A stretch of 64,000 nucleotides of DNA from Burkholderiaceae bacterium (GCA_043757735.1 JAYVOV010000314.1:542-64541), one strand, 5' to 3'; positions 1 through 8,647 are shown, numbered from the stretch's first letter. The notes: a model not told the origin generated them from the letters alone. Translations and numbers: made by a program.

Positions 1-778
1 TCTGTTCGGCAGCGCCCGCCCGGTGCTCTTTGCGGACATCACCTACAGCTTCTATCCGGTCTACTGCGCGCTCTACGGGATCGCGCACCAGCGGCTACCC
101 CTCGACGCCGATTTCGGCGTGCAGGTAGACGACTACCACCGAGACAACGGCGGCATCGTTCTGGCCAACCCGAATGCCCCCACAGGACGCCTGCTGGGCC
201 TGACCCAGATCGAGCGCCTGCTCGATTTCAATCCGGATTCGGTGGTCCTGATCGATGAAGCTTATGTCGACTTCGGCGGCGAATCGGCGGTGCGCCTCAT
301 CGAGCGCCACCCGCAACTGCTGGTGGTGCGCACATTCTCGAAATCACGCTCGCTGGCCGGGCTGCGGGTTGGCTATGCCCTGGGTCACCCCGGGCTCATT
401 GACGCGCTGGAGCGGGTCAAGAACAGTTTCAACTCGTATCCGCTGGACCGCCTGGCGATTGCCGGGGCAGTGGCCTCGGTCGCCGACGCCGACTGGTTCG
501 CGCGCAGTTGCGCGGCCGTGATCGCAGAGCGCGAGGCAATGAACGCCCGCCTGCATGCGCTCGGGTTCAAAGTGCTGCCGTCGTGCGCGAATTTTGTATT
601 CGCACGGCACCCGCTGCACGACGCTGCCCGGCTGCAGGCCGGACTGCGTGAGCGGCGAATTCTGGTGCGGCACTTCAAGGCGCCGCGCATCGATCAATTC
701 CTGCGCATCACCGTCGGCACGCCAGCCCACGGTCTGGCGCTCGATGCCGCGCTGCGCGAAATGCTTGCGCCAAACTGA
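1..778 (+). CDS. hisC: PLP aminotransferase, histidinol-phosphate aminotransferase-like; C-terminal part only, 5' end outside window
   Basis: Frame is open to the window edge (ORF track 23..778). Motifs NPNAPTGR and [16 protein letters not shown] (PLP-lysine region). Confidence 0.65.
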   Translation, partial: LFGSARPVLFADITYSFYPVYCALYGIAHQRLPLDADFGVQVDDYHRDNGGIVLANPNAPTGRLLGLTQIERLLDFNPDSVVLIDEAYVDFGGESAVRLIERHPQLLVVRTFSKSRSLAGLRVGYALGHPGLIDALERVKNSFNSYPLDRLAIAGAVASVADADWFARSCAAVIAEREAMNARLHALGFKVLPSCANFVFARHPLHDAARLQAGLRERRILVRHFKAPRIDQFLRITVGTPAHGLALDAALREMLAPN

Positions 779-810
779 ATGCGCTACCTGTCACGCAATT
801 GCAGCGTCGC

Positions 811-1821
811 TCAGGCGGCGACCGCGGGCGCCGCGACCGCGGGCGCCGCCACCTGCGCAGTCTTGCTCTGCAATTCGCGCAGCGCCTGATCGTATTCGCG
901 CTGAAGACGCGCGACGAGTTCGCCCGCCGACGGGATCGACTTGACCGCGCTGATGCCCTGCCCGCAGCCCCAGATCGTCTTCCAGGCCTTGGGTTTTTCG
1001 CGATCGGACCCGAAATTCATCTTGCTCGAATCGCTGACCGGCAGGTTGTCGGGGTCCATGCCGGCGGCGATCACCGAGGGCTTGAGGTAGTTGCCGTGCA
1101 CGCCGGAAAACAGGTTGGTGTAGAGGATGTCGTCAGCGGCGCTGTTGACGATCATCTCTTTGTAGTCTTCGAGCGCGTTGGCCTCTTTGGTCGCGATAAA
1201 GGCCGAACCGATGTAGGCCAGATCGGCGCCCATGGCCTGCGCAGCGAGGATGGCATGGCCGTTGGCGATCGAGCCCGACAGCAGCACCGGGCCGTCGAAC
1301 CACTCGCGGATCTCCTGGATCAGCGCGAACGGCGACTGCGTGCCCGCATGGCCGCCGGCCCCCGCCGCCACCGCGATCAGGCCGTCGGCGCCTTTGTCGA
1401 TCGCCTTGTGCGCGAATTTGTTGTTGATGATGTCGTGCAGCACGATGCCGCCGTACGAATGCACGGTTTCGTTGAGCTCGGGCCGCGCACCGAGCGAAGT
1501 GATGATGATCGGCACCTTGTACTTCACGCATAACTGCAGATCGTGATCGAGCCGGTCATTGCTCTTGTGCACGATCTGATTGACCGCGAACGGCGCCGAC
1601 GGCGCATCGGGGTGTTTGCGGTCGTACTGCGCGAGTTCGGTCGTGATGCGGATCAGCCACTCCTCGAACACCTCCTTGGGCCGAGCATTGAGCGACGGAA
1701 ACGAGCCCACGACGCCGGCCTTGCACTGCGCGATCACGAGGTCCGGGTTGGAAATGATGAACAGCGGCGAAGCCACGACGGGGAGGCGCAAGCGGTCGCG
1801 CAGAATGGGAGGCAGGCTCAT
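811..1821 (-). CDS. Nitronate monooxygenase / NAD(P)H-flavin oxidoreductase (2-nitropropane dioxygenase family)
   Basis: Starts at ATG 1821 (MSLPPILRDR) inside ORF 811..2085. Motifs GADGLIAVAAGAGGH and GADLAYIGSAF. The upstream 88 codons are Arg/Pro-rich and overlap the LysR-like gene, so they were trimmed. Confidence 0.85.
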   Translation of the reverse strand: MSLPPILRDRLRLPVVASPLFIISNPDLVIAQCKAGVVGSFPSLNARPKEVFEEWLIRITTELAQYDRKHPDAPSAPFAVNQIVHKSNDRLDHDLQLCVKYKVPIIITSLGARPELNETVHSYGGIVLHDIINNKFAHKAIDKGADGLIAVAAGAGGHAGTQSPFALIQEIREWFDGPVLLSGSIANGHAILAAQAMGADLAYIGSAFIATKEANALEDYKEMIVNSAADDILYTNLFSGVHGNYLKPSVIAAGMDPDNLPVSDSSKMNFGSDREKPKAWKTIWGCGQGISAVKSIPSAGELVARLQREYDQALRELQSKTAQVAAPAVAAPAVAA

Positions 1822-1951
1822 GTTGGCGGTCGATGATGAAAGAGGAAGCAATGAAGGTACGTGCAGGCACGCGCCGCCGTCAAATGCCGGCGGGTCTGCT
1901 TTCGGCGGCGCGCGCGCATTGGTTCCGCGGTGCGAGACACGCCAACCGCTG

Positions 1952-2335
1952 TCAGGCGGCGAGGCCTTCCTGGGTCGCGGCCTGGGTCGTGTATCCCGCT
2001 CGCGGCAGAACGACCGGCGCCCGCGCGTCGACAGCCGCCAGCGCGTGGCGGGCAAGCCGCCGATCGAGTTCGTCCAGGGTTGCAAACAGCACTCGGCAGG
2101 TCTGGTAGACCTCCTCGCCCGCTGGCGTCAGACGCATCCCGCGGCCGGCACGCTCGAACAGCACCTGCCCGAACGACTCCGACAGTTTCTTGAGGTGAAT
2201 CGAGACAGTTGGCTGCGACTGGTGCAGCTGCTCAGCGGCGCGCGAGCAGCTGCCCAGACGCGCGGTCGCCTCGAAAGCGACGAGTTGGGGCAGAGTGCCA
2301 TGGCGAAGATATCGACGTATACGAGCGCGTTCCAT
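1952..2335 (-). CDS. LysR-type regulator reduced to the N-terminal wHTH plus linker helix (127 aa, no effector-binding domain)
   Basis: LVAFEATARLGSCSRAAEQLHQSQPTVSIHLKKLSESFGQVLFERAGRGMRLTPAGE is a typical LysR HTH. AAGGUGA Shine-Dalgarno lies before ATG 2335. The stop is only 130 nt before the next gene. Confidence 0.6.
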   Translation of the reverse strand: MERARIRRYLRHGTLPQLVAFEATARLGSCSRAAEQLHQSQPTVSIHLKKLSESFGQVLFERAGRGMRLTPAGEEVYQTCRVLFATLDELDRRLARHALAAVDARAPVVLPRAGYTTQAATQEGLAA

Positions 2336-2445
2336 CACTCACCTTCAGGTTCGGTGAATTCATCAAACCGCGACGTTGGCAACGAGGCGGACCTTGCCCC
2401 AAGAACGCCAGCCAGCAATAAGGAAAAGGCCAGTGGCATTCGCGG

Positions 2446-2558
2446 CAAAGGTCTCGCTTGCAGGCGGTAAAAAAAACCGCTGCCATCTGGACCGGGGTGG
2501 CCTTGAACGACCGATTGCCCGTAATGACGACCCAGATGAAAAAAGCTACTCCCCTTTG
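2446..2558 (-). promoter_or_regulatory. yybP-ykoY (Mn2+) riboswitch aptamer
   Basis: Minus strand reads CAAAGGGGAGUAGC...CAUCUGG...CCAGAUG-GCAGCGGU-U7-ACCGCCUGC-AAGCGAGACCUUUG. It has the conserved L1 and L3 loop sequences, a perfect CAAAGG/CCUUUG closing helix and two internal helices. Confidence 0.75.
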
Positions 2559-2664
2559 AGGGGGGGGACGCGCCCGCAAGTGGCAACGCATCTCCAACCC
2601 GCACCTTAGCCCAGGCGCACCGATTTGCGCAATGCCGCGCGTCGTGCGGCCTGCACGCGCATTC

Positions 2665-2704
2665 ATGAAGAATCGCAATACATGATGAAGAATCATGATT
2701 CTTC
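2665..2704. promoter_or_regulatory. Candidate operator: perfect 18-bp palindrome GAAGAATCATGATTCTTC (2687..2704) plus a direct copy of ATGAAGAATC 20 bp upstream (2665..2674 and 2685..2694)
   Basis: Read directly from the sequence. It lies in the AT-rich divergent region between the riboswitch and the terC-usp gene. Confidence 0.35.
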
Positions 2705-2783
2705 TATGAGAGCGCTCGACAATGGTGGTCCGAACCGGCCGGCGCAAGGACGCAATGCCCGGACAACTTCAGGGTCTTTGACG

Positions 2784-4049
2784 ATGGATATTCTCTCTGC
2801 ACAGTTCTTTTCGGCCCTGCTGGCGATCGTCGTGATCGACCTGGTGCTGGCCGGCGACAATGCGATCGTGATCGCACTGGCAGCCCGCCGGCTGCCGCCC
2901 CATCTGCAGCGACGAGCCGTGCTCTGGGGTTCGGTCGGCGCGGTGGTGGTGCGCAGCCTCATGACAATGGCGGTGGTCTGGCTGCTCCAGGTTCCAGGCC
3001 TGCTGCTGGCCGGCGGTGCGCTGCTGCTTTGGATCGCGGTCAAGCTGACCGCGCCTGCCAACGGCCACGGCGAGGACGGATTCGATGCGTCGACGACCTT
3101 CATCGGGGCAATGAAGACGATCGTGATCGCCGACGCGGTGATGGGCGTGGACAATGTGCTCGCAGTGGCCGGCGCGGCGCACGGCAGCTACCTGCTGGTG
3201 GTTCTGGGGCTGCTGATCAGCGTGCCGATCGTGGTCTGGGGCAGCACACTGCTGCTCAAGCTGACCGATCGCTTTCCGTCGATCGTGCTGATCGGCGCCG
3301 GCGTTCTGGCCTTCACCAGCGTGAAGATGATGTTGTCCGAGCCGCTGGTGAAACCCTGGCTCGCCGAACTCGACTTCGTCGTCCCGCTGGCGTATCTCCT
3401 TGGCGTGGCCGGCGTGCTGCTGACCGGGGTAACGCGCCAGTCGAGTGCGCGCATGGAACACGCCCGGCAGGGGCACATTGAACGATTCGCGACGGCCGCA
3501 CTGCCCGGCCCCGTAACGGCTGCTCAACCCGAAGGAGACATGGCGATGACCAAGGTACTTGTGCCGATCGATGGATCGGAAAATGCGATGGACGCTCTGC
3601 GCCACGTGCTGCGTGGCGGCCCGGTCGACTCGCTGCGGATCGTGGTGCTCAACGTGCAGCCGGCTTTGACTAGTCGGATCGGCCGCTTTGTGTCGGCTGC
3701 CAAGCGCAACGCATGGCGCCAGGAGCGCGCGGCGACCGCCACGCGGGCCGCCCGCGAACTGCTCGATCAGCATCACGTTGCCCACTCGATCCGCGTCGCG
3801 ACCGGCCCCAGGGTCGACGCAATCAGCGATGCGGCCACCGACGAGGGATGCACCAGGATCGTGATCGGCACGGCCCGCAAACATTCGCTGACCCGCCTGC
3901 TCGAGAACTCGGTGACCTCACAACTGCTCGAACGCTCGCCGGTGCCGGTCGAAGTGGTTGTTGGAAGCCGGTCGTCCGGCTGGGAGCGCTGGGGACTGCC
4001 CGCAGCCCTGGGCGCGGCGGCGGCGGCGGCCATGGCGGTGGCCGACTGA
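2784..4049 (+). CDS. TerC-family integral membrane protein fused to a C-terminal universal stress protein (UspA) domain
   Basis: Starts at ATG 2784 (MDILSAQFFSALLAIVVIDLVLAGDNAIVIAL, TerC signature). C-terminal KVLVPIDGSENAMDALRHV...RIVIGTARKHSLTRLLENSVTSQLLERSPVPVEVV is USP-like. Confidence 0.85.
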   Translation: MDILSAQFFSALLAIVVIDLVLAGDNAIVIALAARRLPPHLQRRAVLWGSVGAVVVRSLMTMAVVWLLQVPGLLLAGGALLLWIAVKLTAPANGHGEDGFDASTTFIGAMKTIVIADAVMGVDNVLAVAGAAHGSYLLVVLGLLISVPIVVWGSTLLLKLTDRFPSIVLIGAGVLAFTSVKMMLSEPLVKPWLAELDFVVPLAYLLGVAGVLLTGVTRQSSARMEHARQGHIERFATAALPGPVTAAQPEGDMAMTKVLVPIDGSENAMDALRHVLRGGPVDSLRIVVLNVQPALTSRIGRFVSAAKRNAWRQERAATATRAARELLDQHHVAHSIRVATGPRVDAISDAATDEGCTRIVIGTARKHSLTRLLENSVTSQLLERSPVPVEVVVGSRSSGWERWGLPAALGAAAAAAMAVAD

Positions 4050-4132
4050 GGCGGGAAGGCAAACCGCTGGGCTTTCGGGCACAGCGGCGCGTCAGTCACG
4101 ACGGGCTCGTAGCCCTCCGGTATATTCGTCCG

Positions 4133-5896
4133 ATGAACCCGAGCCCGAGCAGTCCCTCATCGCGTGCCCCCGGCGCTGCCCCCGGCGCTGCGCGCGACGC
4201 AGCCACCGGCGCCGAAGCCCTGATCCGCATGCTGCAGCTTCACGGCGTGCGCCACGTCTTCGGTGTCTGCGGCGACACCAGTCTGCCCTACTACGACGCC
4301 CTCTATCGCCTGGACCACGGCATCAACCACGTCCTGACGCGCGACGAGCGCAGCGCCGCTTACATGGCCGACGCCTACGCCCGAATCAGCGGGCGAGTCG
4401 GCGTCTGCGAGGGCCCTAGCGGCGGCGGCGCCACCTACCTGCTGCCAGGCCTGGTCGAAGCCAACGAATCGTCAGTACCGGTGCTGGGTTTTACATCCGA
4501 TGTCCCGGTGTCGTCGCGTGGCCGCTATCCCCTGACTGAACTGGATCAGCAGTCGCTGTACGGCCCGCTCACCAAGTGGAACGGCACCATCAACACCGCG
4601 GCCCAGGTGGGTGATCAGGTGCGCGCCGCGTTCCGTGCCTGCACGACCGGCCGCCCGGGCGCTGCGCACCTTTGCGTTCCCTTCGATGTTCAGAAACAAT
4701 CGATCGATCCGGCGCAGTTGTGGGCCCAGGCCGAACACGGGTCGTGGCCGAACTGGCGCTCTATGCCGCCCGCCGACGACATCGAACGCGCCGCCACGCG
4801 CCTGCTTGCCGCCAGGCAGCCGGTTCTCATCTGCGGGGGCGGGGTCATGGCCGCGGACGGGTGCGAGGCGCTGGCGCGTCTGGCTACCCTGCTCGACGCA
4901 CCCGTCTGCACCACGGTGAGCGGCAAGGGCACGGTGGCCGATGGCTTCGATTTATCCGCCGGCGTGGTCGGCTCCAACGGTGGTGTGATGGCCACTCGCG
5001 AAGTGGTCGCGGCAGCGGACCTGGTGATGTTCGTCGGCTGCCGCGCCGGCTCGACCACCACCGAACACTGGCGCTTTCCGGCGCCGGGCGTATCGATCAT
5101 TCATTGCGACGTCGATCCGTTTGCCATCTCGACCAGTTACCCCACCGATGTGGCTCTGGTCGGCGATGCCAGACTGACGCTGCAGGCCCTGCTCGAAGTC
5201 ATCGAACCGCAGCGCGGCGCCAGGCCACCAGGCGCCGACGCCGCCAGCCCCGGACGGCAACTGGTCGCCCGGGCCCGCCTGACCAAACAGGCCGCCTTCC
5301 AACTCCTCGCCACCAGCGACGAGCGCCCCATCAAACCCGAACGCATCATGGCCGCCCTGCGCCACGCCTTGCCGCCAGACGCCATCATCTGCGCCGACCC
5401 TGGCACGCCCTGCCCTTATGTCTCGGCGTACTTCGACCTGCCCCTGGCGGGTCGCCGCTTCATCACCAATCGGGCACACGGCGCACTGGGCTTTGCGATG
5501 CCGGCCGCGCTCGGCGCCTGGTTCGCCAGACCGCAGGCGCGCTGCGTCGCCGTGATGGGCGACGGCAGCTTCGGCTTCAGCGCCGGCGAACTGGAGACGA
5601 TCCTGCGGGTTGGCGCACCGCTGCTGCTGGTCGTGCTGTCGAACGCCTCTTACGGCTGGATCAAGGCGAGCCAGCGCGCCAGCTATGGTCAGCGCTACTA
5701 CTCGGTCGATTTCCGGCCCACCGACCACGCCGCCATCGCGCGCGCCTGGGGCATGGCCTCCTGGCGGGTGGAAGACCCGCGCGAACTCGACAACGTACTG
5801 CAGCAGGCGCTGCGCCATGACGGCCCGACCCTGGTCGACATCGTGACGCAACCGCTTGAACTGGCGGCAGCGCCGGTGAGCCAATGGATGGGCTGA
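4133..5896 (+). CDS. Thiamine-pyrophosphate-dependent enzyme (acetolactate synthase large-subunit-like)
   Basis: Starts at ATG 4133. N-terminal HGVRHVFGVCGDTSLPYYDAL; TPP motif GDGSFGFSAGELETILRVGAPLLLVVLSNASYG. Confidence 0.85.
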   Translation: MNPSPSSPSSRAPGAAPGAARDAATGAEALIRMLQLHGVRHVFGVCGDTSLPYYDALYRLDHGINHVLTRDERSAAYMADAYARISGRVGVCEGPSGGGATYLLPGLVEANESSVPVLGFTSDVPVSSRGRYPLTELDQQSLYGPLTKWNGTINTAAQVGDQVRAAFRACTTGRPGAAHLCVPFDVQKQSIDPAQLWAQAEHGSWPNWRSMPPADDIERAATRLLAARQPVLICGGGVMAADGCEALARLATLLDAPVCTTVSGKGTVADGFDLSAGVVGSNGGVMATREVVAAADLVMFVGCRAGSTTTEHWRFPAPGVSIIHCDVDPFAISTSYPTDVALVGDARLTLQALLEVIEPQRGARPPGADAASPGRQLVARARLTKQAAFQLLATSDERPIKPERIMAALRHALPPDAIICADPGTPCPYVSAYFDLPLAGRRFITNRAHGALGFAMPAALGAWFARPQARCVAVMGDGSFGFSAGELETILRVGAPLLLVVLSNASYGWIKASQRASYGQRYYSVDFRPTDHAAIARAWGMASWRVEDPRELDNVLQQALRHDGPTLVDIVTQPLELAAAPVSQWMG

Positions 5897-6072
5897 GCCT
5901 GCGCAGGCAATCACTGCGCACCAACAGAGAGATTGACGACAAGCTCATGAAGGATGCCTTGCGTTACACCGGGGCAAAAACAAAGTGCGGGGCCGTAAAA
6001 CTCGGCTTGCTGAAGCTGGTGCAGTTGGGCCGACAGGTCGAGGTCCGAAAGAGGCGAGGCAAGCTGCAGTAG
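5884..6072 (+). CDS. VapB-family type II antitoxin (orphan; no cognate PIN toxin downstream)
   Basis: LRTNREIDDKLMKDALRYTGAKTKCGAVKLGLLKLVQLGRQVEVRKRRGKLQ matches the MRTNIxIDDxL...TGxKTKxEAVxxxL...RGKL pattern. GC is lower than in the flanks. Confidence 0.55.
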   Translation: MDGLSLRRQSLRTNREIDDKLMKDALRYTGAKTKCGAVKLGLLKLVQLGRQVEVRKRRGKLQ

Positions 6073-6146
6073 TCAGGCGACCTCGCGCGACTTTGAACCC
6101 TTCCGGAAACACCGCGGGCTGAGGGTGGCCTTTTCTGAGGCACGGA

Positions 6147-7145
6147 TCATCGGCTTCGGTTCGGGCTGAGGGCCGCGAGACGCGCTCGGGTTGCATCGGT
6201 CGCGCGCCGGTATTCGTCTTCGGTGCGGCTCACCAGGTCGGCCACGCTGGCGATCTCGCACACACCCGACACCGAGTGGCCGGCACTCCAGATGTCGGTC
6301 CAGCGGGTGACCCCGGTGCTGCCGCCGCTGCCGTACAACGCCCTGGCGCGTTCGGGCGCCATGTCGGTCGGCAGGTCGGCCGGGTCCAGTCCCGCGGCCA
6401 CGATCGACGGCCTGAGGGTATTGGTCTCAAGGCCGGTGAACGCCTTCGACAGCAAGATGTCATCCAGGCGGCTGTCGACCAGCATCTGCTTGTAGGCGGG
6501 CGCCGCCATGCTCTCGCTGGTCGCGATGAACTTGGTACCCATGTAGGCCAGGTCGCAGCCCAGCACCTGCGCAGCCAGGATGGCCGCACCATCGCCGACC
6601 CCGCCCGCCAGCACCACTGGCCCATCGAAAAACCTGCGCACCGCGCGCACGAAGGCGAAGCCATTGGCCCACCCGGTCTGGCCGCCGGCCCCCGCGGTGA
6701 GCAGGATGAGTCCGTCGACACCCGCCGCCACCGCCTTCTCGGCGTGACGCACCGAGGCCACGTCACACAGAATCAGGCAGCCGATGTCGTGCAGCGGCGC
6801 CACCACCGCGTCGGGTGCCCCAACACTGGTGATCACCATCTCGATCTTGTGCCGGCGCAGCACCTCGACCTCTTCGCGCAGCGACTCGCGGCGCATGATG
6901 AGGTTCGGGCAGAAGGGCGCATCCGGCGGGCCCAGCGCCGATTCGATCTGCGTGATCCAGCGGTCGAACTCGGCCACCGTCCGGCAGTTGGCGGTCGGGA
7001 ACGAGCCGATCACGCCCGCCTTGCAGGCAGCGATCACCAGTTCCGGCCCGGAAACACGAAACATCGGCGCAGCGATCAGCGGCAGGCGCAGACGGGCGCC
7101 GAAGTGCTGCAGCAGCGCACCTGGGCTTTTCAGGTCGGGAATCAT
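6147..7145 (-). CDS. Nitronate monooxygenase family flavoprotein (second paralogue)
   Basis: Starts at ATG 7145 (MIPDLKSPG). Motifs LPLIAAPMFRVSGPELV, GVDGLILLTAGAGGQTG, GCDLAYMGTKF. Confidence 0.85.
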   Translation of the reverse strand: MIPDLKSPGALLQHFGARLRLPLIAAPMFRVSGPELVIAACKAGVIGSFPTANCRTVAEFDRWITQIESALGPPDAPFCPNLIMRRESLREEVEVLRRHKIEMVITSVGAPDAVVAPLHDIGCLILCDVASVRHAEKAVAAGVDGLILLTAGAGGQTGWANGFAFVRAVRRFFDGPVVLAGGVGDGAAILAAQVLGCDLAYMGTKFIATSESMAAPAYKQMLVDSRLDDILLSKAFTGLETNTLRPSIVAAGLDPADLPTDMAPERARALYGSGGSTGVTRWTDIWSAGHSVSGVCEIASVADLVSRTEDEYRRATDATRARLAALSPNRSR

Positions 7146-7296
7146 GACGTTCAAACGCGTGAGGAAATGCCCGATCTTGCCAGCACTTGCCCACAGGTGA
7201 ACGGGCGTCTGTCTCGCAATGCGCAGGCGCGCTGCCGACGAGTGCCAGCGTCTGCGACACAATGGCGCCGATCCCGACCAACGCTGGCGCACCCAC

Positions 7297-8514
7297 ATGC
7301 TCGAACCCATCGCCCAACCACGGCTGTCCCTGCGCGCGCTTCGCGCCGACTTCGGCGCCAGTTATGTTGTCAACGGGCTGATCGGATTCATCTTCGCGGC
7401 CACCGGCCCGGTCGCGGTGATTCTGTCGGTGGCCAGCCGCGGCGGACTGTCGCAGGCCGAAATCGCCTCGTGGGTGTTTGGCGCGTTTTTCGTCAACGGC
7501 CTGCTGACCGTACTGGCCTGCTGGCTTTACCGCATGCCCCTGGCTTTCTTCTGGACCATCCCGGGCACGGTGCTGGTCGGGCCTGCGCTCACCCATTTGA
7601 AATTCGCCGAAGTGGTCGGCGCGTTCATCGTCACCGGCGTGCTGATGGCGGTGCTCGGCGCATCGGGCTGGGTGCGCCGCGCGATGCAGGCGGCGCCGAT
7701 GCCGATCGTGATGGCGATGGTGGCCGGCGTGTTCCTGCGTTTCGGGGTCGATCTCGTCCGCTCGCTGCACACCGATGCCGCCATCGCCGTGCCGATGACC
7801 ATCGCCTTCCTGATGCTGAGCGCCTGGGGGCCGGCCGGGCGGCGGATGCCGCCCCTGATCGGTGCGCTGCTGGTCGGCGTCGTCGCGGTCATGCTCTCCG
7901 GCCGCTTCAATCCGGGCACGCTCGGCCAGACGGTCTTCGCGCAACCGGTCCTGCAATTGCCGGTCTGGTCCTGGCCGGCAATGATCGAACTCGTCGTGCC
8001 GCTGGCGATCACAGTGCTGGTGGTGCAGAACGGTCAGGGGGTTGCAATCCTCAAGGCGGCGGGACACGACGCGCCGGTCAACGCGGCCACCCTGGGCTGC
8101 GGGCTGTGGTCGATCGCCACCGCATTCTGCGGCACGGTCTCGACCTGCCTCACCGGCCCGACCAATGCCATCCTGTGCTCATCGGGCGAACGCCGCAGAC
8201 ACTACATCGCGGGGCTCACAGTGGGGGTGCTGGCGCTGGCCTTCGGGCTGGCGTCGCCGCTGTTCACCGAGGCCATGCTGGCGACTCCGCCGGCGTTCAT
8301 CGCTACGCTGGCCGGCCTGGCCATGCTGAAGGTGCTGCAGTCGTCGTTCACCACCGCGTTCTCGGGCGCCTACTCGCTGGGCGCGCTGGTCACTTTCACC
8401 GTGACCGTCGCGGACATTGCGCTGTTCAACATCGGCGCGGCATTCTGGGGGCTGATAGCGGGGTACGCGGTGTCGCGGCTGCTGGAATGGCCGCGCAAGG
8501 TGCCTGCGACCTGA
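7297..8514 (+). CDS. benE: Benzoate membrane transporter BenE family
   Basis: Starts at ATG 7297. Polytopic membrane protein; GASYVVNGLIGFIFAATGPVAVIL and MPIVMAMVAGVFLRFG are typical of BenE. Confidence 0.8.
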   Translation: MLEPIAQPRLSLRALRADFGASYVVNGLIGFIFAATGPVAVILSVASRGGLSQAEIASWVFGAFFVNGLLTVLACWLYRMPLAFFWTIPGTVLVGPALTHLKFAEVVGAFIVTGVLMAVLGASGWVRRAMQAAPMPIVMAMVAGVFLRFGVDLVRSLHTDAAIAVPMTIAFLMLSAWGPAGRRMPPLIGALLVGVVAVMLSGRFNPGTLGQTVFAQPVLQLPVWSWPAMIELVVPLAITVLVVQNGQGVAILKAAGHDAPVNAATLGCGLWSIATAFCGTVSTCLTGPTNAILCSSGERRRHYIAGLTVGVLALAFGLASPLFTEAMLATPPAFIATLAGLAMLKVLQSSFTTAFSGAYSLGALVTFTVTVADIALFNIGAAFWGLIAGYAVSRLLEWPRKVPAT

Positions 8515-8543
8515 AGGCACGCCGCGATGCCGCCCAAGGTTCG

Positions 8544-8591
8544 GCGCTTGATGCAGCGCTTGATGCGGCGCTTGATGCGGCGCTTGATGCG
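8544..8591. repeat. Tandem repeat, 4 x 12 bp GCGCTTGATGC(A/G)
   Basis: Read directly: gcgcttgatgca gcgcttgatgcg gcgcttgatgcg gcgcttgatgcg. Confidence 0.9.
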
Positions 8592-8596
8592 GCCGC

Positions 8597-8631
8597 AAAA
8601 AACCCGGCCGCCATTGCGGGTGACCGGGTTT
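8597..8631 (-). terminator. Intrinsic terminator downstream of the thiolase gene
   Basis: Minus strand AACCCGG-UCA-CCGC-AAUG-GCGG-CCGGGUU followed by UUUUUG. Confidence 0.55.
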
Positions 8632-8647
8632 GAGTCCCACTCAGCGC

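Noticed and set aside
2335-2439. 34-codon ORF (MPLAFSLLLAGVLGARSASLPTSRFDEFTEPEGE) directly after the riboswitch
   Set aside because: It is not listed as a CDS because it has no convincing Shine-Dalgarno and is too short to judge. It is kept only as part of the riboswitch finding because its TGA overlaps the HTH gene ATG.
2687-2704. Possible Fur/Zur/PerR-type box
   Set aside because: The half-sites AGAAT/ATTCT are separated by 4 nt (CATG). The classical 7-1-7 Fur-family boxes have a 1-nt spacer, so I cannot assign this to a known regulator.
6073-6146. Possible vapC (PIN toxin) remnant after vapB
   Set aside because: Only a vague DHRLR resemblance to the WIDHLR start of VapC toxins. The segment is too short and overlaps the 3' end of the convergent gene.
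6276-8633. 785-aa ORF on the plus strand
   Set aside because: It is antisense to the nitronate monooxygenase and out of frame over benE. Composition is Arg/Gly/Ala/Pro-rich with no recognisable domain. This is a typical stop-poor shadow frame in high-GC DNA.
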